Below, one piece after another: positions 40,480-51,400 of a DNA stretch of 64,000 bases. Each line of letters starts with the position of its first letter. Position 1 is the first letter of the stretch. The position numbers and the translations under genes were made by a program. The DNA is taken from assembly GCA_003344405.1 (NCBI GenBank), contig NOWV01000010.1:682001-746000 (forward strand). Direction: 5' to 3'. The notes below the pieces were generated by a model. It ran no database searches, was not told where the DNA came from, and saw only the letters and a program-made list of their open reading frames with translations. Source of the stretch: Trichoplax sp. H2. Its lineage: Eukaryota.

Positions 40480-41610
40480 ATACTATACAGTACAGTATTG
40501 CGTACATACTGTACGCAATACTTATATATTCCGTATACTGTACAGTACTGTACAGTATACGTATAAGTAAAAAAGTAGTAAGAAACTTCTCCCATTGCTT
40601 AATGTAGAGTATTTAACATACGGAAATCTCGTGACTTTTCGACGACTCGTACAGTACTTGCCTCATTTATGGATTTCATCTTACTACTGCACTGTACAGT
40701 ACACTGTACTGTACAGTAGTCGGAGTGGACTTACTGTACAGTACAGAACACTACAGTACTGTACTGTACTGTGCACTGTACGGTCTACAGTACTGCACAC
40801 TGTACAGGTACTGTACTGTACCGTATGTAGTCGATGACAGTGTACTGTACAGTACAGTACTGTACATACAGTGTCAAATATAGTACAGTATGTACAGTAA
40901 TGTGGTGACTTTGTCATTTTTCCAGTTGCTCTACAGCATACTGTACTAGACAAAATCAACCATAGACTTGTAGTAGTCCATGAATCAGCCTGGCTGACTG
41001 GATATCAAGAGCGGATAGATAGTATACCGTTGCATATAGGCTGCATCTGATATGATCCCTTTTAGTACAGTAACCTCTGGTAGAATTAAGCATTAATATA
41101 TGCTAAGTACAGTAGTTGAATAACTAGAAATCTCATAGCATGGTGTGGCTTGTGCGGGTTAAGCTACAGTATAGTAGTTAGCATGGACAAGGACTACTGT
41201 ACTAAAAAGTTACTGAACCTCTGACAGGTCTATTGACAAATGGTAATACTATCTGTTAAATGAGCACATTATCGTAAACCGTCAGCAAAGCGACGGGAGT
41301 TTGCACTAGTACTGTAGAAAATATAGAAAATAATACGAGTACAGTACAGTACTGTACATTGGTAATTACCTTTTACCCTAATGAACTAAAAATGGTACCG
41401 TACTGTACTGTCAGGGACTGCTTGACTACTGTACACTGTACATTACAGTACCTTGGTCTTCTATAAATCGGATATACAGTACTAATCTAATAAATCTACA
41501 GTAAAAACTATACTCTACACTACTGTACTGTACTGTACTGTACACTGTACAGTACAAGTGTACAGTACACTAATAAGAGAATTTTTCTATACTGTACAGG
41601 TACAGTACTG
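40480..41610. promoter_or_regulatory. Large TACAGTA/TACTGTA arrays in the divergent intergenic region between the secreted-protein gene (-) and PPIE (+)
   Basis: Dense blocks at about 40480-40560, 40680-40950 and 41335-41610, the last ending about 95 bp before the PPIE ATG. Confidence 0.5.
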
Positions 41611-41703
41611 TTAAAGCAAGCGGGCAGATATCCACATCAACACGCATGCCCATTATTCGAGACTACAGCACTCGCAGCAACCATCACTAAATTAATTTTA
41701 AAG

Positions 41704-44398
41704 ATGGCGAATAAACGAACCTTATATGTTGGTAAGTTAATCGCTATTCTGTAACACTCTATCGTGAATATTGCTATGCATATATTGCATTAATTCACTC
41801 ATCTTATGTTCATGTATAATGACTGGCTATACATATAGTGTCTGTAAACCTGATCTCTTTTTTTACTATGATGCTTGAAAATAAATCATGGTAGATGGTG
41901 ATTGTCTACTTGCTTGTACAATATACTATAATTTACAATTATTAAAAATAATGTATTATCGCAGGTGGTTTGGCCGAGGAAGTAGATGAAAAAGTATTGC
42001 ATTCTCTATTAATTCCTTTTGGAGATATTGTCGATGTTCAGATACCTATGGATTATACAACACGTAAGTTAGCAATCTCAGGCATAATGCTTCGTATTAT
42101 TTTCATGCAGAGGTAGACGATGTAGTTTTAATTTCTCTGCTTTTAAATAAACAATAACCAAAATTTCTGATTGGATTGTATAAATAATTAGAGAAAAACC
42201 GAGGATTTGGCTTTGTAGAGTTTGAGCAAGCTGAGGTAACACATAACGTTATGCGCATATCTACCGATTATTGCATTGTTACAAATAGTATGCTACTTGC
42301 CTAAACATCTGCATACTTTAGAAGTTTAAAAAGAGACTGAGAGAAACTCGTGTAAGAAATGCCTTGTTCTTAATTTCTTAGGAGGCCGCAGCTGCTATGG
42401 ACAATATGGTCAGATTTCATTATAGAAATAGCATCTATTCATACGCTACGTAGTTAATTAGATCTAAAGGCTATCTCGATATATCAGGATGAAGCTGAAT
42501 TGTATGGAAGAACGATACGTGTTAATATTGCAAAACCTATGAGGATCAAAGAAGGCTATAGCAGAGCAGGTAACATAAATCTATATAAATGGGCATAAAT
42601 ACGGAAATTTTTCAAGCTAAACTTTACCACAGTATAAATCATTTTACTAATTACTAGCCAAAATTTTGTTGTAATAGTTTGGAGTGAAGATTCTTGGTTG
42701 AAAGAACATGCAGGTATAACAGTTGTAGCCCTATACTGTGATATCGATGAGAGACATAATATCATCTTTAAGTTAAACTATAAATTATCATTGACTTGCT
42801 TATCTAATAACTCGAAGTCTGTACTAGGTTTATAACAATTATTTCTTTGCAAACGTTATGCAAAACGAATAATGACAAGGAATTATATTAACATGTCTCG
42901 ATTATAGGTGAAACTTTATCCGATAATAAAGAAGATAATGAAGATCGGAAACGTAGCTTAGAGGCTTCTGATGATGTAAGATAGAAAAAATCTTAAAGTC
43001 TCTAAGCCAGCATGATTGTTATATTTTTAATTGGTCTATTAGTGTATACTTTGTACTTATATACCTATTGATGTATGTATGTATGTATTGCCGACGTACA
43101 TAATCCAGTTGCTTAATTAGGTGAATAGTCTAATTTTAAATTAATCAATATCGAAATCTCTATCGATGCTATTATTACATGGTAAAATTATTATCTAGAC
43201 TGCTGAAGAGACTGATGCTAAGCGTCGATCAAACCCTCGTGTATACTTTGATATCAAAGTAGGTAGCAAGGCCTGCGGAAAAATTATTATGGAGGTACCT
43301 TCGTAATATTTATTTTGTCACTTAAAAGCAACCGTGAATTTAATTAGTTATTCTAATATTAATTATCAATTTATTTCGATAGTTATATTACGACGTAGTT
43401 CCGAAAACTGCTGGTAATGTCCTTCGGAATACCCCTTCAAATAATTTTTCATTTTTACGTTTACAATTAATAATTGATGGAGTAGAAATCATCTCAAAAA
43501 TCCGGTTTCGATAATGTTTAATTTAGTGTACGCTTATTAGAAAATTTTAGAGCCCTATGTACCCATGAAAAGGGATTTGGATACAAAGGAAGTAAATTTC
43601 ATAGAATCATTCCACAATTCGTATCCTTATACAAACTTAATATCCTTCGGTTATCATGATTACCCTTTTCAATACTACTATGTTATGACATTCTTAATCG
43701 ATATAACATCAAGATGTGCCAAGGTGGCGATTTTACGAACCATAATGGCACAGGAGGTATTGATCCCATAAATTGAAGATAAACGCTGTATTTGATAGGG
43801 ATGTTCAATCTGGGACTGATTTTATTTTTCTAGGTAAATCGATATATGGTGCAAAATTTGCTGATGAAAATTTTACATTGCGTCACGATGGACCGGGTAA
43901 TGACTTCAACATTAGAAATAGACTAAAGATAGTCATTTGTTCATGATGTTAAAGATCTTAAAAGGTGAAACCCCATGACCACTTACTGTAAAATTAATAT
44001 AGGTACGTTGTCTATGGCAAATAGTGGCCCGCATACCAATGGATCACAATTTTTTATTTGTACCGCCAAAACTGATTGGTAAAATGACTAGCATCTCAAA
44101 CTTTGACCGATCGAGCCATCTATTATAATCATACAGTATTATCTTATCAATGTCTATATGATTGCATTCTTAATTCTTCGCAGGCTAGACGATAAACATG
44201 TTGTATTTGGCAAAGTTATTGAGGGGATGAATATTGTACGTCAAATGGAGGTGAGAAAGAAATTGGACTACTTTTGCTTTGTTTGGATGGAGAAATGTAA
44301 TTAATTTATTTTTTTTATTTCTATTTGTTAAGAACGTTGGTTCAACATCTGGTAAAACTAGTCAAAGAGTAGTCATTGCAGACTGCGGTGAACTGTAA
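41704..44398 (+). CDS. PPIE: Peptidyl-prolyl isomerase E (cyclophilin-33; RRM plus cyclophilin domain)
   Basis: [67 protein letters not shown]; cyclophilin domain [96 protein letters not shown]. Confidence 0.96.
43621..43713 (+). other. Candidate U12-type GT-AG intron in PPIE
   Basis: 5' splice site GTATCCTTA, branch-like TTCTTAAT at 43691-43698, no polypyrimidine tract before the AG; splices FHRIIPQF to MCQGGDF. Confidence 0.7.
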
Positions 44399-45321
44399 GA
44401 ATGTAATATTTGGTATACAAAATTGGCCTATCTATGTTCCATTGTATACTCTGTCACGAGTATCTGCAACGCACGAATCTTCACGGCTTTACTGTAATTT
44501 TTCAATGATCTGACTGCTGTACCACTCCTTGTAGTATTTTGTCGAAATCTGTAAATGCCTTACGCTGTACGCGGTATGAAGTAGCCCATGTTTTCATAGT
44601 AACTAATTTAAATATTTTATACACGCAACAATCGTAATCTAATGATAGATTGTTATTAGTTGAGCCATAACTTAAATTTAAAGGCTTCGAAAACAATTTA
44701 GTAAAATATTCTCGAGCTGCTACAGTTGTATGTCATTTACTTACAGAAAAATTTTATTGTTCTATATCTTTACTACTTTCAATAAACATATCCAACATTG
44801 ATCTTTCATGACAACTATGTTAATTTATTCCATTTCTAATCCAAAATATTAACACTTAATTTTTGTATGACATGATATCTACTCCCTTTATAGGAATAGT
44901 AGTGCTAGGCAACTCATTTGCACAGCAGCATAGCTATCATAAACGAGTATTGGTAGTGCTATGAGACAAGTTATACAGTTTTATCATCATTCTATACAAT
45001 TAACTACTATTATTTTAATGACTGTAGAATTACTTATTTGTTGTTAATATTACTATTAGTAAATGAAAAAGTCAACTGCCAAAAAAATGTATACATGTAT
45101 TTATATTCATTCGTCTATAAGATCATTAAACATCTATTTTACGGCAGCAGTGATATTATTATTTCGTACTGTATATTTGGAAACTAGTAATTAAACTTAT
45201 CAGATTGTTGGTTAAGCGTTTTCTTCAGTCTCATATGTAATCTTAATCACCTAAAGGTGAGATGTTGGTACATTGTTTTAGCTATTAAAACTACGTTCTG
45301 TACATTTAGATAACGTATCAT

Positions 45322-46797
45322 TTAAGATGAATCAAATATACACGATCGATGAAGTTTTGCCTTAGCTGATGTATCAACAGAACTGACAGATTCATCTTGC
45401 CAAGTGTTTATTCCTTTCTTGCGATGATTATCAACGTCAGTAAAATGAGACATTACTCTTCTGTAAGATGAATCATTCTCAGCTTTTCCTTGGGTTTCAG
45501 CCTATTGAAATGACAATCAGAAATGATAGTAATATTTAAGAAAACTAATCGTTAATACACTATAAGCAATCCCATTATGATTTGAAAGCTTTATCACCTT
45601 TGGCTTCGATTCTACGGAACGAGCGAAATCTTTTGTATAAGTTGTTTCAAGATATCTGCGATAATTGTAAAGAATGAATTTATTATATAAAGGAGAGAGG
45701 ACGAAATGTTATTTAGTAAGGCCATAGAATAGCCGTTTACATGACTGGAATCGGTGAATAATCCTAGTGAGTTAGTTAGTAATAGCTATCTTATATCACA
45801 AACGACTCCATTACCATGAATGAAAGCTAAATACCTTTTGCCATGCTCTTTGCCGTGTTGTGGTAGTACATTTTTGTAGTTAGCGAGAAAAGTTTCATTA
45901 TTTCTACAAATGCAGTGCAAAAAGGAATATACTAATTTATAGCTGGCATTCGAAATTAATCTCTCTCTTGCTATATCGGTATATTAACGATTATACACTG
46001 CTACTTTCAGCTTTTTAGAGCAGTAGAATTATTAAATTACTATAAGAAAGATTTCAATTTTAATATTTCTACATTTGTTAGAAATACTCGAATTTTTGTT
46101 ATAGCTACAATATTGCTTCCCGTATTTAAATTGAATGTACAAGAGCGATTTTGCAAGTACTTGCAAGATATGATCTTTTGGCTTACCTATTCTTAATTTC
46201 AGGACCGTAAACTTGATCTTGAACTAAGGACTGCTTAATATTTTTTTCACTATATCTGTTTTTTAAGTTAATTTGTGCCGTCGATTCTTGATGAGTTGTA
46301 AGTGGAAAACTCTAAATTTCATAGCATATGTAATTAGAATACAAAAGTTGCTATAAACTCGAAGAAAAGTGACTTAAAATCATAAATTTATTGACATTAG
46401 AATAATCAAAAACCTCATGCAATCAAATAACATACCCCATCAGTAATATTCGATAATCTGTTATATGTTGATTTATGCATATTTGGCCGTTGCTCTTGAG
46501 AAACATCGTAATCTCTGGGGTATGACTCTTTAGACTGATCCCTGAAAATGAATTTATGACGTTGAGTTGATATAGTTCTTATTAACGCTATTTTATTTTA
46601 GCACACGAAAGAAACAACAGCAATTATAATTCAAAAATTATTGATAAACTATGATCAATTTGAGCATACCATGTACTGGTCAAGATACCATTACGATAAT
46701 TTAAATGATCGGAACGCAGAAGACATGTGCCTTTTCTTTCGTTATGTGACAAACGAACTTGATCGGTGAATTTTTTCCTTGTTGAGCATTCATCCAT
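45322..46797 (-). CDS. CFAP95: CFAP95 (C9orf135) ciliary microtubule inner protein homolog, 6 exons
   Basis: ERKGTCLLRSDH, W...ESYPRDYD, STYNRL, VLPQH, TTYTKDF and SHFTD...GINTWQDES match recalled C9orf135 motifs (ERKGSLTLRSHH, STYRRL, SQFTD..GINTWHDES). Confidence 0.82.
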
Positions 46798-47385
46798 GAT
46801 GCCTGTATTATATCGATTCAGCAAATTTACTTCATTACTAGTTTCTTTTACTTATCAGCCAATCACTTTTCATTTAATTACAAACTTTACTATATGTAAA
46901 AGTTAGAACAATGTCGTCCCTATAATCTTGCTACACTTTTCAATATCCTTTCCTAAAATTTTATTTTAGCTGCAAGTTCTAACCATTGTCTATAATATCA
47001 CAGCTACTATTTTAGATTTAAATCAAAGCTAATGTATTTAAGCTGATAGCAATTTTCACTTCAATCTTGTAGAAGCACTATCGAACCCTTTAATCGTGTT
47101 ACATGTTTCAAAATATTCCTAAATCTACTTGTCTTGGTAGCAAATTACAGTACAGTCGTCATTTAAAATATCACCGTTGCTATTCTAGAACCAAATTGAT
47201 ATAGTGAAATTAATTATTATAGTTAATTTTATAAATTTAAAATATACCTTCGTAGGATGAATGTAATAGTTGATACTTCTATGAATAAAGACACAAGATT
47301 TTACCTTATTCAAGAACTATTAAACTAACTAGTTTAATTCTACTGCTGAAGAGTTTGCCGATCATAATATAAATTAAATTAAGCT

Positions 47386-47399
47386 GTAACCATAGAAAC
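47386..47399. promoter_or_regulatory. RFX X-box upstream of CFAP95
   Basis: GTAACCATAGAAAC fits the X-box consensus GTHNYY-AT-RRNAAC and lies about 590 bp upstream of a ciliary gene ATG. Confidence 0.55.
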
Positions 47400-47666
47400 A
47401 CCCTCTTCCATTCCTTATTTGCACATGCGCAAAATATTACACTACAAGTAAAAACCATTCCGTAATCCATATTGCGTCTGATCGGGAGCCGCTCATTTAA
47501 ATCTCTTCCTTTATTCCATTATATATAATATTAATAATATTTATAGAGAGAAAACGATAGTTAAGTGGTCCCTGATCTGATTTACAGCCGACAAGACATC
47601 AATCGCATGCAGGGCATTTATAATTTTAAATTTATTAATATTGTTTTAGCGGCGAACTATTGATAG

Positions 47667-47741
47667 CAGGGACTTCTCAATGATAAATTTGATACTAATA
47701 AAAATCGTATTTTTGCGAAATTTATCATTGAGAAGTCCCTG
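47667..47741. mobile_element. 75-bp non-autonomous TIR element (MITE-like) with 7-bp target-site duplication
   Basis: Perfect 24-bp inverted repeats CAGGGACTTCTCAATGATAAATTT (47667-47690 and 47718-47741), a 27-bp spacer, and TTGATAG directly flanking both ends (47660-47666 and 47742-47748). Confidence 0.8.
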
Positions 47742-48427
47742 TTGATAGAGTCTAATCTTAGTAGTAGATACATTACAACTAGGCAGCTAAAATTTCGTCA
47801 CGAAGATAGTAGCTCTGGGTGTAATTCTCGCTAAGTTGCAAACCAAAACAATAAATCTGCTTCGCTGGGCATAATTTGCGATCAAACTGTAGCTAAGAAT
47901 ATTATTTATAAGTATAATACAAATATCCGCTACTAGAGTTTTTACGATTAAACTTTCATGCCGCAACAATTACTAGCAACCAAATATTGTAGTGTGATAA
48001 ACGAGTTGTCGATATTTACTACAGATACACATATACTAATGATATAAGCTCACTAATTAAATAAGGGAAGAAATTCCTACACATTAAAACGATAACTATT
48101 ATAATAAACAGATAATTATGCATATATATCTATAGCATGAGTACAAAACAGAGCTAGTATCTCTGCATTATTAATATAGAAATGTAATTAGCACCAGAAT
48201 GAACAACATTTTATTATTAATTTCATGATTAAATATAATAACTATAATTTTGATAACTTTTACGTTATTCCTTGTATATATGTGATTTAAGATATTAAAA
48301 AGCTATTACTGAAATTGAATACAATTATTATTAAAGAAATCATATAGGTAATAATAGGAGTATAACTGTTAAAGGATTTAAAACAGAATCAAAATATTTT
48401 AACACTGCTAATTTTCATACTATTTTA

Positions 48428-51400
48428 CTAAATATAGGACAACTGGCATTCGCCATACAATACTTCACCACTACTAGAAACGACGTTTCTTAATTCTTGA
48501 GTTCTACGAGGTTAAAAAATAAAATAAATGCATTGCTCGTAAAAATTCATAAATCATAACATTTAATATGATTAAAACCATTCATTGGATATGTTACATA
48601 TCTAGCAAGTATTTTACTTACTGATCAACTAAAATTATACTCTTTATGCAGCCTTCAAAATTATTTCGAGTGGCGATAGGTTGATTATAGTTTGCTGGGA
48701 TACCTCCAACATAAAAGTGGCCCGTTCTTGCAAACGAAAAAGATTCCGTAGTAGTGTTGATACCAAGTTCATTCGTAATTAATGGCGCTTGTTTATCTAT
48801 GATGACACTGAATCTAAATATGCATGAAAGTATGTAACATACAGACAAGTATAAGTATTTAATAATTTCATCATAAATAGCAGTTATGCAGAAATAGTGA
48901 CTTATTACTGAGCTATAACTTATCATAGTCATTATTAACAGAATCATACGTGCTCGAACATTTTTTAAGAGTATATATTATATTTTAGGTACTCGAAAAA
49001 ACTTATGCCTTGACTGAATCTTTTAACACATAGTTCACCTTCTATTATTTTTAACAACTTGAACAAAATGCCACATGCTATCATTTAATTGCAGCTGTGA
49101 GGAAACAGAAACCTGAACACCATCAAATCTAAATTCTGCTTGCAGACGACCACTTAATAACGTGAAAACAAAGCGTCTCTAAAGAAAAAATAACAATATT
49201 TACGGATCATAAATGATCAGAATCTTAAGACTGAAAGTAATTAATGGATCTGTAAACGTATGTATAATTTATCACCATTGCATTTCCATTTGATCCTGTC
49301 ATTATTACTTGATTACTACTACTAGTGCGAAAGGCAAAAGCCATTTTACTAGCTTCACTAATGTTAGGATAAACCACCATGCCGCTACCATTAAAAGATA
49401 TTTGATAAGAGGATATCTATAAAACAAAAGAATACCAAAACTTAATCATTTTTAATTTTTATAGTAGAGTAAAAACTTTTAAAAGAAAATCTGATAAGCT
49501 ATTAAGCATATTAAATAGGTTACAGTATATCGAAGTCTTATCATCTCTGGTATCAATAAGCGCTGTCAATATCGAAAATACAAGCTAAAAATTGCAGTAT
49601 ATTTAGCATATCTATTAACCCAATAGACAAATATAATACCAAATTTTATAAGTACTGTAACGAGGTCGGTGATGCATTAGATCATAAATGTTAGTGATTA
49701 ATGATTTTAAATAATAAATCATTATGATTACAACTGAAAATTAACTATTAAATATTAGCTTATAGTACCGCGACATTTGGGCATCCATCAAGTATGTTAT
49801 ATCTTGCTCGAATAAGTATACTTTGACCACGGAAGGTCGGATTGGTAATACATCCAATATAGCCAGTTCTAGTCAGTCCCTGACTATAAGTAAAATAAAT
49901 AATATCATGGATTCGTTGAGCTATTATAAGAGGGAAAGATATTGATAATCGTGATACAGGTGAATAGGCGTATCAAAGAGCAAATAAAACGAATTTATTT
50001 GGCTGTAATTACATAATATTCTAAATTTTCTGAACAATTTTTAGCTACAATAAAATTATTAGAGTGATCTTTAATAATATCAGAATTTGCATTTATTAAA
50101 TTGAAAATAATGCAACTTACGGTATGGTATCAGAAATTTGAATTCCACCTAAATAGAATATAGTACTTGGCCAAGTACCTACGCTAGAGGGAAAACCGCT
50201 GATATCTCCGGCGTTAATAGTTTCTAAGTTCCTATTGTTGCTCCCATCAATAATATTAATACGAAATTCTCGATTATTTACTGTCGATGTGAAGAAGCTA
50301 AGTCGAACAGAATACGATTTCCCAGTGTTATACATCGCAGATGATTGGATAAGGCTTTTAACATTGTCAACTTTAACTGTACCAATAATATGACCTTGCT
50401 TAATTTCGAGAGCCATGTAACTATGATCAGCCAACTAGAAATTAGTGACAGTGATTAGATCCTAACCATATTGAAGGAGCTGTAATATTATACTAGTTTG
50501 CATAATAATACAAACATGGTACATCAATACTGAGGTTATACATTCATTTATAAAAATTACCGCTTGACTGCTTCTATTGCTATAACGGGGTAAATAAAAT
50601 AGCAAAGCATCTGACTCAAATGTTCTAATTCCAAATTCACATATAAAGTCCGTAGGATTGAAGGAATCACCAACATAGGAATAAATATATCCATCGCCAT
50701 CGAAATTATATGTAGACGCTTGGCTACTAAGTCGAAAGTAAGGTCTGCATAAAGAAATTAACATCAATAAAAGAAATCAATTTCTTATACTCCTTTTTGT
50801 AGTTTATTAAATTAAATACGTATTTAAAATATCATTCGTATAACACGAATATTATTAATAATTATTAATTACCAATTTATGGGACAGACTCAGACTAGTT
50901 ACACCCAAATTCATTGCTAACCTGTAGCTTCCAGAGCAAACTTGACATTGTCCACTACTATTTTTATATGTCCATAAGGGAATTAATCGGTCATTATATC
51001 GTAATTCACCAATGCATCCCCAAAACTGTCTTTGCTGTATTTCTGAAGATAACTATAAAATTTAGAATAAAAGTTATAAATTTTCAATTTATTATCGAAT
51101 ATAGGTTTTTCGTTATCTTCTGGATAAAATATACTATTCGTAACTGACTGACTTGTAAACAAAATTATTTATCATACTATGAATCAGCAATATAAAGAAT
51201 AATTTATTTATATTTTAGTTCAGCTCAGCATTAGTTACTAGAAAAACATGCATTTCAAGTTTCATTCCATTTATGGACAGTTACCGCATATATCAGAGTT
51301 TAGTAGATTTTAATAATGACGAATTATGATATTTTGTTATTTGTAAATTTTTCTTATAGCAAAATGGCAACTACTGACTAATATTATACTGTATATTGTA

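Noticed and set aside
45213-45250. Possible extra last exon of CFAP95 (VIKITYETEENA*) via a GC donor
   Set aside because: Read-through KAKLH matches the recalled homolog end (KQKLY), so no extra exon is needed; it cannot be excluded without cDNA.
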